The notes under the pieces are model-generated. The model was not told the DNA's origin, made no database searches, and worked only from the letters and a program-made list of their open reading frames with translations. A program made the position numbers and the translations under genes. This document shows positions 25,118-35,565 of a stretch of 64,000 nucleotides of DNA, piece by piece. The first letter of the stretch is position 1. The number at the start of each line of letters is the position of its first letter. The stretch comes from a virus, in IMG/VR virus record IMGVR_UViG_3300023276_000008, positions 1 to 64,000 of that record, one strand, 5' to 3'.

Positions 25118-26989
25118 TTAGTAACTGTAAGGGCTGTTGGAATAACTATCTCTATTATTATTGGCAGCTAATTGAGCCACATTAGATTCCTTTGGTGCTG
25201 GGAGAGACATTGGAACAATTGCTGCACCACCACCACTATTTTCTTTTTCTGCAATTATTTTAGTATATTGTAATAATATATTCATCTGCTCAATTTGCTT
25301 CATTAAAATCTTATTGGTTCTTTGTACATGGACTACAGCATTACCACCTTTAGCACCTTCCATAACTTGTTGAAATGCTCCCCCTGTCTTCATACCAACA
25401 ACTTCATCTTTATTGCTGAAGGGATATACATTATCTCCTTTAACAATAAAGTCTTGCATCTCTTTCTTAGGAGTAGCCATCTTAGATATTACATGTGAAC
25501 CAAACCCACTAACCATTTTTTTAGATAAAAAGTTATTAACCAACATACCACCAGCTTTTTTGCCAGCGATGTCGCCAAATACCCCACCTAGAATAGCACC
25601 AATGGCGTTACCTGCCACTGGAACCACTGAGCCTAATGCTCCACCCAACACAGCACCCAAACCTGCTCCAGCTATACCAGTCACACCCTTAACAACTCTA
25701 GTACCTGCTCTCAGATTCAGTTGCTTAGTATCAATTTCGCCATTTGCGTGTTGTTGCTTTAGTTTCTTTAAATCATTGTGAGTTAATAAGCTTTCAATTA
25801 AAGTCCCTATTAATGGCACACGTCTAGCAATACCACCTAAAAGTTTTGATGGATTTTTTGATACAACACCAAGTGCCTTTTTAAATAATTTCTGCGCAGG
25901 ACCAAATGCCATCTTTCCAACTGATTTAACACCTTTTACTGCCGCCCCACCAACTACCTTTATGCCTTTTGCTGCTGTCCCACCAACTGCCTTAGCAGTA
26001 GACATAGCTTTACCACCAACTGCCTTAGCAGTAGACATAGCTTTACCACCAACTGCCTTAGCAGCGTTCCAAACACCCTTCGCTGGGTTCTTCACAAACT
26101 CAACAGCCCTTTTTACAACCTTCTCAGCTTTATCTTTAAGACCTATAATAGAATCAATAATCCCATTAATAACCTTACCAATACTACCAGTGAGCTTGCC
26201 AATAGATTTTACCAATGCTGTTGCAGAAGGTAATTTTCCCAATACTTTGGCAACCACTGCACCTATCTTCTTACCTAGACTAATAATTTTACCAACAACT
26301 TTATTGAAAATACCTTTAATGGTTTTCCATAACGATGCTATCTTCTCTCCTATAACTTTGAGATATGGTTTTGCCCATTCTGAGATTCTTCCGAATATTT
26401 TGGCAACAAATTTACCAAATCTCTTCATGAATCCCCATATCTTGGTGAATACCTTAACTAACACATCCTTAATCTTAGTAAACACTGTTTTAAGTGTACT
26501 GGATATAGACTTAGCCATTTTGATAATTGACTTACCAAGTTTACTGTTCTTAAAGATCTTCCAGACCTTTTTAGCCATTGGTATAATCTTTCCAGATACA
26601 GCCATTAATGCAGCTATGATTGAACCAAGACCTAATCCTTGGGCGACATCTTTCACCACACCACCAACCTTACCACTTCCTTTAGAGGTAGATTTCTTTT
26701 TAGTAGTTTTAGCTTTGAGGAATGTATCCTTTTGGGACTTCTTCATCATGTCCACATATTTTGCAGCAAATATATCCGCAACAACAGCTATATCAGTCTT
26801 ATCACGACTCGATATGGATTTTCTACCCTTCTTTGTATCAAAGGAACTTCCCTCACTACTTTTTACAATATTTTTGTCTACAAGTTTAGACCCACCAGAG
26901 CTATCTGAGTCTTTATATGCCTCAGACAACTTCTCAGTAGCCTGTGTTTGTCCTTGCAACACTTCAAGTAATTTAGCAGTAATGTCCAT
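25118..26989 (-). CDS. putative tape-measure protein
   Basis: 623 aa G/A/K-rich amphipathic 11-residue repeats. Confidence 0.6.
   Translation of the reverse strand: MDITAKLLEVLQGQTQATEKLSEAYKDSDSSGGSKLVDKNIVKSSEGSSFDTKKGRKSISSRDKTDIAVVADIFAAKYVDMMKKSQKDTFLKAKTTKKKSTSKGSGKVGGVVKDVAQGLGLGSIIAALMAVSGKIIPMAKKVWKIFKNSKLGKSIIKMAKSISSTLKTVFTKIKDVLVKVFTKIWGFMKRFGKFVAKIFGRISEWAKPYLKVIGEKIASLWKTIKGIFNKVVGKIISLGKKIGAVVAKVLGKLPSATALVKSIGKLTGSIGKVINGIIDSIIGLKDKAEKVVKRAVEFVKNPAKGVWNAAKAVGGKAMSTAKAVGGKAMSTAKAVGGTAAKGIKVVGGAAVKGVKSVGKMAFGPAQKLFKKALGVVSKNPSKLLGGIARRVPLIGTLIESLLTHNDLKKLKQQHANGEIDTKQLNLRAGTRVVKGVTGIAGAGLGAVLGGALGSVVPVAGNAIGAILGGVFGDIAGKKAGGMLVNNFLSKKMVSGFGSHVISKMATPKKEMQDFIVKGDNVYPFSNKDEVVGMKTGGAFQQVMEGAKGGNAVVHVQRTNKILMKQIEQMNILLQYTKIIAEKENSGGGAAIVPMSLPAPKESNVAQLAANNNRDSYSNSPYSY
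25980..26064. repeat. 33 bp tandem repeat (2.6 copies) encoding KAVGGKAMSTA
   Basis: identical DNA units read directly. Confidence 0.9.
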
Positions 26990-27004
26990 TACTTGTATTT
27001 AGTA

Positions 27005-27730
27005 TTAATCCTCTCGTTCGAAGAATAATGTCTCAAAATCAACTAACTTGCCCTTAACAGTAAGGAGCTTTTCATCATAATCACGAATAGTGGACACAAA
27101 TTCATGTATATCATCAGTGACAGAGGATGGTAGAGTTTCTATAATTTTCATAGTAGTATCAATTGGAATCTCATCGATGATAATATCTTCTCCATTGAAT
27201 GTGATGCTCTCTACAAATTTAGGTAATTCATATGCTAGAATGATACCAGTACATTTACCAATATCATCTTCCCCAACTTTATCAAACTCACGAATGGAAG
27301 ATTTGTGATATCTAACATCAGTATCTAGTGTGGGAATTCTGAGTTTGATCTCATATGCATCATATTCGAGAGTTTGTGGTTCAATAACAGCTTTTGAAAA
27401 ATTATCTCGCAATGCTCCAAGAGTAACTTCCTCGTCTACCTTAAAGTCTGCCCCCTTCTCAATAAGTTTCATCTGGATTACAATAGGAATCCTATCAAGG
27501 ATTGTAATATTGCTCGTACTTCCAGTAACATTTTCTTGAATGAGTTTATCAACTTCTAACATGAATTTGTTAATAGATGTGATCCCTTCAAGTGTGCTGG
27601 TTACAAGAGTCTTCTGCTGTCCAAATGAAATTTGGCTCACCTCTAAGCTATCTGAATAATTGCATTCGAATGTGGATGTGGCAACATCTTGCTTGATTGT
27701 TGCTAGGAACTGTTTAACTGTATCGCTCAT
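27005..27730 (-). CDS. baseplate hub assembly protein (gp26-like)
   Basis: ISFGQQKTLV, ITILDR, IKLRIPTL; start moved to MSDTVK. Confidence 0.55.
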   Translation of the reverse strand: MSDTVKQFLATIKQDVATSTFECNYSDSLEVSQISFGQQKTLVTSTLEGITSINKFMLEVDKLIQENVTGSTSNITILDRIPIVIQMKLIEKGADFKVDEEVTLGALRDNFSKAVIEPQTLEYDAYEIKLRIPTLDTDVRYHKSSIREFDKVGEDDIGKCTGIILAYELPKFVESITFNGEDIIIDEIPIDTTMKIIETLPSSVTDDIHEFVSTIRDYDEKLLTVKGKLVDFETLFFERED

Positions 27731-27734
27731 AGTA

Positions 27735-28499
27735 TTATATAGTTGAATTGGTCTGTGTTGCAAGCTCATTTTCCCTATCTGACAGTATAATATCCAATTC
27801 TCTTGGAGTTCTAGTCATGACATAATTGGAGTCAGGCATTTGTTTTGATATTCCATATACAATGGACGCTAGGCTCTGATAATCATATATATTGAATATT
27901 GGTACAATAAATTCAAATATGTCATTTGTATATGGGTTGATTGTTTGGGACTCGATTTGAGGGTGATTAAAAACAACACATTTACTCACTTCTTGTGTTA
28001 TATAATTGTCGATGGATCTGATAACATCTGATGGTATTGCGTCAACTGAGGTTATATCTTCTCTACCAATCTTCTTGGATTCATTATCTTCTAAATGGAT
28101 GCTTTCTATAGCATCTCTATATACCTCATCAACATTGTCGCTATATAATGTATCTGCTGGTTTGATGGTGTACACATATCCTGAATGGATTATAGTAGTT
28201 GAATAGTCATCAGATATGTGTTCCTTTAAATTGTTGAGTATTAACGATATAAGAACCTTCTTTTGTGTTCCTGTCACTGACACCATGTTGATACTGTGGT
28301 CGATGAAATCACTTGCTCCTTTCAACAGGGCATATAACTTCTTCATCTTAGTATCACATCCAAATAGCTTGTCTTCCAGATACTCTACAATCATTGGATA
28401 ACAACTATCTTCGTATAGTAGACTAAGGTTCCTACAGTCTGTGAGAGTAAATTCCTCCATACCAAATACCTCCCCATTTATAATTGTAACACTCTTCAT
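27735..28499 (-). CDS. hypothetical baseplate-associated protein
   Basis: synteny; start moved to MKSVT. Confidence 0.6.
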   Translation of the reverse strand: MKSVTIINGEVFGMEEFTLTDCRNLSLLYEDSCYPMIVEYLEDKLFGCDTKMKKLYALLKGASDFIDHSINMVSVTGTQKKVLISLILNNLKEHISDDYSTTIIHSGYVYTIKPADTLYSDNVDEVYRDAIESIHLEDNESKKIGREDITSVDAIPSDVIRSIDNYITQEVSKCVVFNHPQIESQTINPYTNDIFEFIVPIFNIYDYQSLASIVYGISKQMPDSNYVMTRTPRELDIILSDRENELATQTNSTI

Positions 28500-28500
28500 A

Positions 28501-29100
28501 TTAATACACTGAGTAATTTTCGTAACCAAAGGTGACTGATTTTATGCGCAGTGTGGAATCGTCGGTATCATAGTTCAATGACTGTGCTTCTACAGCATGA
28601 GGAAACACTCCTGTGTATTTAAAAGTCTTACGAAGACCTCCATTGGTATTATATTGTTTAATAACAACATCTCCTTTGAGATCGTTGTCTGTAATCAACC
28701 CCTTGCGTCCAATAGCAATTGTCCATAGTCTAAAATAAGTATCAACAATATCTACTTCAGTCTCAATGAAGTTTATAGCTAAACTCATAAATCCAGTACT
28801 TCGTTGGGCAAGACCATATCCTGCTAAATATCCACCAGAATTTCCATTTGGAGATACTTCGAATGCTGATACATCAATTTGTTCTTCTGGTATATTAACA
28901 GATTGCGCCAAATACCTAGAACTGGATGACACTGAGCCGCCATTAAACACTCCAGCTTGTCCATACATAGGAGGGACGAGATTGGATGTAATATTTGGAG
29001 CTTTTATAAAGGTGACTTCAAATAATGATTCTAGGGGGATGAAGAAGGATGGATCATTACTGAATCTATCTAAAAACTGTTGTGCGCTCGGAGTTGACAT
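28501..29100 (-). CDS. tail-tube initiator/tube paralog (gp54-like)
   Basis: AQSVNIP, INFIET, YFRLW, GVFP, VTFGY. Confidence 0.6.
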   Translation of the reverse strand: MSTPSAQQFLDRFSNDPSFFIPLESLFEVTFIKAPNITSNLVPPMYGQAGVFNGGSVSSSSRYLAQSVNIPEEQIDVSAFEVSPNGNSGGYLAGYGLAQRSTGFMSLAINFIETEVDIVDTYFRLWTIAIGRKGLITDNDLKGDVVIKQYNTNGGLRKTFKYTGVFPHAVEAQSLNYDTDDSTLRIKSVTFGYENYSVY

Positions 29101-29124
29101 CAATTCTATTTAGTGGGGCAGTAT

Positions 29125-29163
29125 AAAAAAGGGAAGAGTAATATTGCTATTACCCTCCCCTTT
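29125..29163 (-). terminator. intrinsic terminator after tail tube gene
   Basis: GGGGAGGGTAATA-GCAA-TATTACTCTTCCC then U6. Confidence 0.85.
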
Positions 29164-29186
29164 ATGCATCGCGCTGTGTTAAAATC

Positions 29187-29720
29187 TTATGAAAAGTCTT
29201 CGTAGAAGTGATATGCGAATGTACATGGGAAGTTTTTAATCTCACCTGTACCATCAGCAATTTGATAATCGATCTCACCTACGTTACGAATACCAACACC
29301 GATAAGCTTAATTGTCTCGACAGTAGCTAGTTCTTTATCAATGACCTCTAGGATCATATAACTATCTCTACCAGCCATACCGTATTCACCAGTTGTTGTT
29401 TCGTTATTAAATACTGCTCTTGATGCACCTTCGAGTTTCCTACGAAGATCCATTTGTTCATCTACATAGAACTCAATCGTATATGCTTCAGAATTTGGGT
29501 ATGAGGAAGAACCTGCTACGTTGAAGTTCTGTCCTGCGTAGTTAGCGTTCTTGTTTGAGATCTCTCTAGCTGGAAGTGCTGCACTTCTTGCATAGATTAG
29601 GTCATCTTCTCCAGAGAATGATGCACCTTCGATAACAATTTGCTTTACTCGAAAGTGGAAATCGCGTGAGAATTGCTTCATGACGGCTTGGTTGAAAAAG
29701 TTTTCGATAGTCGTTGCCAT
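29187..29720 (-). CDS. tail tube protein (gp19-like)
   Basis: ARSAALP, YAGQNFNVAG, YTIEFY, CTFAYHF; next to sheath. Confidence 0.85.
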   Translation of the reverse strand: MATTIENFFNQAVMKQFSRDFHFRVKQIVIEGASFSGEDDLIYARSAALPAREISNKNANYAGQNFNVAGSSSYPNSEAYTIEFYVDEQMDLRRKLEGASRAVFNNETTTGEYGMAGRDSYMILEVIDKELATVETIKLIGVGIRNVGEIDYQIADGTGEIKNFPCTFAYHFYEDFS

Positions 29721-29724
29721 ACAC

Positions 29725-30582
29725 TTATTTAGCTATTAGGTTGGATATTTTATCATAAATATCACGATAAGATTCATTATATTTTAATATAAGTAAATTC
29801 TTTTTATATATACAACAATATTGGCGTTTGAGTGAGTCATTCTCCATCTGCCTATGAAATGAAGATATTCCCCCAAAAAACTCAATTGGTTCATAATGTT
29901 GTCTTCCGTTATATTCTATGCATATATTATAGTCTGGTATGTAGAAATCAAATCTAAGAAGTCTTTCATTTCTACAATCCTTGAAGGTGTATTCTTCTAT
30001 ATAATCAATATCAATAGAATTTAAAATATTTCTTACCAATAATTCTCCATTTGATTTAGTATCACATCCACAGGTGGTTCTCTTATCATATAATACGTGA
30101 TGCATCAACCTACCAAATTTATTACCACATTTACATTGGAATGTGTGAGATTTATGAGATCCTTTATAATCATCTACAAGAGATACGTTTAACTTTTCTA
30201 ATCTTTCATGAATATCATTTATATTCTTCAAACACCCACATGATGATACTTCACCAGACCAAATATTATTTATTTTAGATTCGAATTCAACACCACAAAA
30301 ACACATAAACTTATGGCTATTTTTACTTTGAGTATATGGAGATAGTAATATTATACCAATATCCAATGTTTTGCCTTCGGCATCTTTTTGTGTAATGGTA
30401 TTGACACACCCACATGATGTAGTATGACCATTCCATATACTACTTATTCTAGAACTAAATACCGCACCACAATGACATTGAATGTCATGGATATTCTTAC
30501 TAGAAGTGTATTTAGATATTAACTCAAACCCTAGATTTTCGCATCTATTTTTTGCAATATCTTGTGTAATTATTTTACCCAT
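29725..30582 (-). CDS. freestanding homing endonuclease (Zn repeats plus PD-(D/E)XK)
   Basis: CxCG...SCGC repeats; SNGE, RFDFY, IEYNGRQHY. Confidence 0.8.
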   Translation of the reverse strand: MGKIITQDIAKNRCENLGFELISKYTSSKNIHDIQCHCGAVFSSRISSIWNGHTTSCGCVNTITQKDAEGKTLDIGIILLSPYTQSKNSHKFMCFCGVEFESKINNIWSGEVSSCGCLKNINDIHERLEKLNVSLVDDYKGSHKSHTFQCKCGNKFGRLMHHVLYDKRTTCGCDTKSNGELLVRNILNSIDIDYIEEYTFKDCRNERLLRFDFYIPDYNICIEYNGRQHYEPIEFFGGISSFHRQMENDSLKRQYCCIYKKNLLILKYNESYRDIYDKISNLIAK

Positions 30583-30622
30583 CGAGCCATATACTTATTT
30601 AGTTATTGGTCATGTATTATTA

Positions 30623-30904
30623 CTAAGCTTCAGGCACATTACCTACATCACCTTGCATCATAGCTTGGAAATCTGCATAGTCTTCAACAATGTCTGTGCC
30701 AAAGTTATATACTGCTATATCTTTCTTCCCCGATTCATCAGTATTCCAGATATATAGATACCAATTATCCCTATGTTTAAATGGTGCTTCACCAGTCATT
30801 AGTTCATGAGGATATTCAAAACCTTTATCCCAACCATGAGGTGCTTCCATTGAAGACTCTACTAGTAGAGACATGGCTTGTTTGTTTTTGTCATATTTGT
30901 TCAT
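30623..30904 (-). CDS. hypothetical late protein
   Basis: 93 aa with own TAAATA. Confidence 0.7.
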   Translation of the reverse strand: MNKYDKNKQAMSLLVESSMEAPHGWDKGFEYPHELMTGEAPFKHRDNWYLYIWNTDESGKKDIAVYNFGTDIVEDYADFQAMMQGDVGNVPEA

Positions 30905-30927
30905 CTTAATGATATTTAGTGTTTATG

Positions 30928-31716
30928 TTACATCAACTGGTCAGAATAAGGCTTATCATCGTAGTTATCATCATATTCAAGGGGTTCCACATAGATGTAT
31001 GGTTCTCCAGAGAAAATTGCAGCTTGAGTTCTATGATTACCATCTCGCATTATAGCCCATATTGCACCTAAGTCTCCATCTCCATCTTCTTCAGCCTCTT
31101 TCAATCTCTGTAAAATATCCTGCAACTCTGCATACTCAGCTTCATGTTGTTCTACGATATCGTTAAACTCTTCAATATCATCTTCATACAACTCCTCTTG
31201 TAATCTAGGTAAATCTAAAGTATAATCATCATTCAAATACTCTCCCGAATATATCATAATATCTCCTATCGCATCATCCCCATTAGCTAGGAATTGATCC
31301 AATTCTTCGTCTCCAGTGGTGAACGATCTTGAAATGCCCATATAGTCTGGATTGTGTTGAGATGTTTTTACATCATCTAAATCGATATGTCTCACATCTG
31401 CGTCAGATGTTCTAAATACCACCCTATCGTCATGATCTCTGATATAATTAGCCAATACTTTCGCTTTATCATAGTCAAAAATATTATCTTCTCTAGATGT
31501 AACATATTCTGAGGGTATTTTTAAAGTTTTACCTGTGTTACCTATCCATATTACATTACGCCCATAATATTCATCTTCATACTCATATGCTTCAGGTTTT
31601 TTTCCAGAATAATGATCTTCAAATTCTCCATCTCCTTCACTATCGGAAATAGCTTGTTTATGATATTCGTTGAACTCTTCTGAAACGAGTTTGTTGTAGT
31701 TTTTTAATGATATCAT
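30928..31716 (-). CDS. acidic protein with ParB/Srx-like motif
   Basis: IMRDGNHRTQAA; start moved to MISLK by TAAATA-N5-ATG. Confidence 0.55.
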   Translation of the reverse strand: MISLKNYNKLVSEEFNEYHKQAISDSEGDGEFEDHYSGKKPEAYEYEDEYYGRNVIWIGNTGKTLKIPSEYVTSREDNIFDYDKAKVLANYIRDHDDRVVFRTSDADVRHIDLDDVKTSQHNPDYMGISRSFTTGDEELDQFLANGDDAIGDIMIYSGEYLNDDYTLDLPRLQEELYEDDIEEFNDIVEQHEAEYAELQDILQRLKEAEEDGDGDLGAIWAIMRDGNHRTQAAIFSGEPYIYVEPLEYDDNYDDKPYSDQLM

Positions 31717-31737
31717 ATGTCTATTTAGTACAGACAT

Positions 31738-31770
31738 AAAAAAAGCACTAGGCTTTTATACCTAGTGCTT
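31738..31770 (-). terminator. intrinsic terminator after sheath gene
   Basis: AAGCACTAGG/CCTAGTGCTT then U tract. Confidence 0.85.
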
Positions 31771-31791
31771 GAAATTTTTCTTTATGTCAAC

Positions 31792-34092
31792 TTATCGGAT
31801 GATCTCTTCGAAGTTAGCATCAGTTCTTGTTGCCACAAACTCAACGATGATGAACTCGGCAGATCTTGTTGGCTTGAGTAACACTGTTGCTCTCAATTCG
31901 TTGTTATCAATTACTTCAGGAGTGTTAACTCTTTCGTCGGCAATAATCTGATAATCATAAACACCACCGTTTTGCTTTGCATATTCCATGATAGGAATCA
32001 AAGTGTTTTCGAATCGTGTTCTTGTGAACTCAGTGTTTGGCTCGAATAGGAAGTATTTGGAAACCTTCTTAGTTGGTCGCTCAAGTGTTAAGAACAATCT
32101 ACGAACGTTAACTCTATCAAACGCACTTGGCTTTCTGCTTAGAGTCTTCTGTCCCATTACCACAACACCATCTGCTCTTGAGAAGAAGATTGGGTTTAGG
32201 TTAGACTTATAAAGTTCGTCACGCTGCTTCTGGTTGGGTTTAACAGCAATGTCTAGTACGTTACGCATAAGACCTCTATTAAAGCCAGCAGGGGCTATCC
32301 ACGGGAATTCGTTGGCATCTGTTTGTGCATAGATAGATCCTAAATGTGCAGAAAGTGGTGTCCAAATCTTTTGTCCTGTGAATTCATCATAAATCTTACC
32401 CCAGTTTGCATAAGCCGCAGCATATGAAGTGTTCTGGAATTCGAATTGGTGACGAGTTGCCCAGTAAATGTCCAATTGGAAATTACGTTGCTTGTTATCA
32501 ATAATCTTATTATCTCTACCAGTTACATAGATGTGTCTTAGTGGATCTGCAATGAACATACAGTCACCACGACCACCAGTATTACTTGGTAGGTTACAGA
32601 AATTCTCAAACTTATTAAAGATTGTATTATAGTCTTCAATTAGATCAGAACTAACTTCCTTAGAAGTACGAATCTTATCAACTGCGTCCTTTAGAACTGT
32701 TCCATATGCGAATTCGTCATAAGTAACATCACCAGTAACACTTGCACTACCACTTGAAGCTGCCCAAATTGTACCTAGCCCTGCTTCAACCAATACATCA
32801 ATGTCATAAACTTCGTCGTTCTTAATTGATTCCAACGCTCTAGTAACTTTATCTGGCATAATACCAAGTTTTTTGTCTGTAGTGTTTGATACGTTATAGT
32901 TACCTAATGCGTACATATTATCACTGAAACCAACTGCTGCTCCTACTGAGGAGAGAGCTGAATATGTAACTCCGTCAAGAGCTTCACCTGTTGCTGATAC
33001 TGAACCATAGTTAGTAAGTAGTTCCTCAGTCATAACACGAATCTTCTTAGCTGGCACTCCATCAACTGCTGGGTTAAAGTTGTTAGCAATATATTCGTTA
33101 ACATGAACTTCAATGTTTCTGTTGTCTGAGTCTACATATTCAAGGAATAGAGGTATTGAAGGTCCGCCATTTGGATTAAGTTCTTGTCTGTTTGGATCGA
33201 TTGAACCAACAAATGCTGAGTCAAGAGTGTAATCAATCTTGAATGCTTCATTAGCATATTGAGATCTCTTCAACTTGAAGACACCAACACTTAGAAGATC
33301 ATCATCTGTTCTTCCATCAATGTTGTAGTCAGTCACATTATCCATGATTTCTGAAATACTATTTGAAACTCCACCACTATCAGCGGTGAGGTTAAATTGA
33401 AGTGTGCCTTGTGGAACATCAGTATAAACATCTGACCCCGCTTGGGTCAATGCTTTAACCTGTGTGATGGACTTGTGATCAACTGAAGGATCAACCAATG
33501 TATTGTCAGATACACCAATGTAGAAACCTTCAAACTTCTCATTTACAGTAGTTTGAGCCTTATCGATGACAACCAATGCTGCTCCTGACAATGCTGATAC
33601 TGCGCTAAATGATGTACCTGCTGTTGAACCCCACTCAAAACCACCTTCTTTGATAGCATCATACTCATCTTCTGTGATGGACATGTGTGATGGCTCACCA
33701 AGAACAATAGTACCTTCTGCAATCGAGAGGTCTGTTGATGCTGATACTGCACCACTTTCAATACTTCTTGCAGGATATGCAAGAATGCTATAGTTTGAGC
33801 CGAATCCATCGCCACTATCTTCTCCATAAGGAAGACGATATGTGTAAATCTGTGCTGGTGAATCAATAAGTTCTAAAATTGAGTGATAGAAATATCTTTC
33901 AGCACTGTTTTTTGGAACACCGTATATGCTCTCAAGTTCACCCTTCGACGTAATTTTAATTACCTCGTCGATTGGTCCTTGGTCTGCATAACCTGTCAAG
34001 AATATATTAGTTCCTACGTTCTGAGGAGCTATGAGAGAGAGATCTCTCTCACGAATCTCTACCGCTGGACTGTTAAAAGTTCTAGTTGCCAT
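31792..34092 (-). CDS. tail sheath protein (gp18-like)
   Basis: SPAVEIRERDLS, PWIAPAGFNRG, SAFDRVNVRRLF, KPTRSAEFI. Confidence 0.95.
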   Translation of the reverse strand: MATRTFNSPAVEIRERDLSLIAPQNVGTNIFLTGYADQGPIDEVIKITSKGELESIYGVPKNSAERYFYHSILELIDSPAQIYTYRLPYGEDSGDGFGSNYSILAYPARSIESGAVSASTDLSIAEGTIVLGEPSHMSITEDEYDAIKEGGFEWGSTAGTSFSAVSALSGAALVVIDKAQTTVNEKFEGFYIGVSDNTLVDPSVDHKSITQVKALTQAGSDVYTDVPQGTLQFNLTADSGGVSNSISEIMDNVTDYNIDGRTDDDLLSVGVFKLKRSQYANEAFKIDYTLDSAFVGSIDPNRQELNPNGGPSIPLFLEYVDSDNRNIEVHVNEYIANNFNPAVDGVPAKKIRVMTEELLTNYGSVSATGEALDGVTYSALSSVGAAVGFSDNMYALGNYNVSNTTDKKLGIMPDKVTRALESIKNDEVYDIDVLVEAGLGTIWAASSGSASVTGDVTYDEFAYGTVLKDAVDKIRTSKEVSSDLIEDYNTIFNKFENFCNLPSNTGGRGDCMFIADPLRHIYVTGRDNKIIDNKQRNFQLDIYWATRHQFEFQNTSYAAAYANWGKIYDEFTGQKIWTPLSAHLGSIYAQTDANEFPWIAPAGFNRGLMRNVLDIAVKPNQKQRDELYKSNLNPIFFSRADGVVVMGQKTLSRKPSAFDRVNVRRLFLTLERPTKKVSKYFLFEPNTEFTRTRFENTLIPIMEYAKQNGGVYDYQIIADERVNTPEVIDNNELRATVLLKPTRSAEFIIVEFVATRTDANFEEIIR

Positions 34093-34120
34093 AAATGTAT
34101 TTAATCATTTTCGATTAAAA

Positions 34121-34723
34121 TTAAGGATGTTCCTTAAATAACTCCTCAGACAACAATTCAACGTGCATTTGTGAGAATAGAAAGTCGAATCCTGATATGA
34201 TACGCATATCTCCCTCTGCTTGTTGATCAAATGTCAATCCTTTCAATGTTGTTGGAAATGCTTTAGTGAATGTCCACTTAATTCTCTTCTTACCAAACTC
34301 ATCTAACCCGAAAATAGTAATGTTAGTTTGGTAATCTGAATATGATTGATCTACTGGCAAATTATCACTATTGTACTGTCCAGTCTTCTGATCATGTAGC
34401 AAGTTGATCCACTTGAATATACACCAATAGTTATTATATCCATTATCCACGGCAAAATCCACTGAAGTTGGCGGGAATGAATCTTTACTATGTGTGGAAA
34501 GATATAAGGTACTACCTACATTTCTAACTTCCACGCCTTTGACAGTGACATCTGGAATAGCTGTTTTAAATAGAGAATATTGCACACTGTCTGGAATAAC
34601 TGTGGAATTCTTCCTATTATATTGCGTTTGGTCATCTTTGAGGATTACAGGTATATCAAACACCATCAAGAATTTGTCTTGAGTGGCTTGATTAAAATAG
34701 CTTTGCTTTACTTCCGTAGACAT
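34121..34723 (-). CDS. tail completion / tube terminator (gp3-like)
   Basis: FAVDNGYNNY..IFKW, FTKAFPTTL.GL.F. Confidence 0.7.
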   Translation of the reverse strand: MSTEVKQSYFNQATQDKFLMVFDIPVILKDDQTQYNRKNSTVIPDSVQYSLFKTAIPDVTVKGVEVRNVGSTLYLSTHSKDSFPPTSVDFAVDNGYNNYWCIFKWINLLHDQKTGQYNSDNLPVDQSYSDYQTNITIFGLDEFGKKRIKWTFTKAFPTTLKGLTFDQQAEGDMRIISGFDFLFSQMHVELLSEELFKEHP

Positions 34724-34727
34724 ATAT

Positions 34728-35465
34728 CTATTTATCAGTTAAACATATATTACCTTCAATATCAAAGATGTTATATGAATCCCCATTTATTTCAGCATTG
34801 TGGGCAATTTGTAGATTTGTGTACGACTCGACATCGGGAATAATTTTTTTAACTGTCGGATCAGTATATACCTCTTGTCCAGATGATCTATATTCATCTG
34901 TTGCAGAGCAATGATAATTAACTCCAGTCCACCCATATACAAAACTTGGTATATCTGAGTCTCTCAATAGTATTTTATTGGGATCAATCTTATTTTGAAA
35001 CTCTTGATCTTCACCATTATTGCAGTCTAGAGCATATCCACCAACATCAAACCATAAACTCCTTCGAAATGACCAATTTCCCAAAGCTTGTTGATTGGGG
35101 CATAATTTCTCACAATACAAGGAGTGCATATTTTTATCTCTAATGAACTCAACATGTTTACTTTTTTTATATATTTCCATGTGACTCTTAATATAATTTG
35201 GCAGCATGATACAATCGTCATCTAATGTGAAAATTATGTCATGATATCCAAACTGAACCCCTAGATTTCTCTTATGGGGTAACAGAATTTTTTCGCTAAT
35301 ATTCATTATGCGAACATTAGGTACATCACACTCAATAGATAAATTCTTCTGATCGTTTATTATCAATAATTCTACTTCATCATATGTCTGTTCTATGAAT
35401 GATTGAACCACTCTACCCAAATATTCTACTCTATCGTATGTAGGAACTACAATCAATGCTCGCAT
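34728..35465 (-). CDS. glycosyltransferase family 2
   Basis: IVVPTYDR, LIIND, RNLG, LDDD, GED. Confidence 0.88.
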   Translation of the reverse strand: MRALIVVPTYDRVEYLGRVVQSFIEQTYDEVELLIINDQKNLSIECDVPNVRIMNISEKILLPHKRNLGVQFGYHDIIFTLDDDCIMLPNYIKSHMEIYKKSKHVEFIRDKNMHSLYCEKLCPNQQALGNWSFRRSLWFDVGGYALDCNNGEDQEFQNKIDPNKILLRDSDIPSFVYGWTGVNYHCSATDEYRSSGQEVYTDPTVKKIIPDVESYTNLQIAHNAEINGDSYNIFDIEGNICLTDK

Positions 35466-35565
35466 GACCATATTTAGTCGGGAACTACCTCCCTATAGGT
35501 GAATATTGAACATTTGCTAAGTTTATCTCTACCAAATCTGAGAGGTATATAGATGTATCCTAATA

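Noticed and set aside
25962-27002. 346 aa plus-strand ORF
   Set aside because: Antisense shadow of the low-complexity tape-measure-like gene
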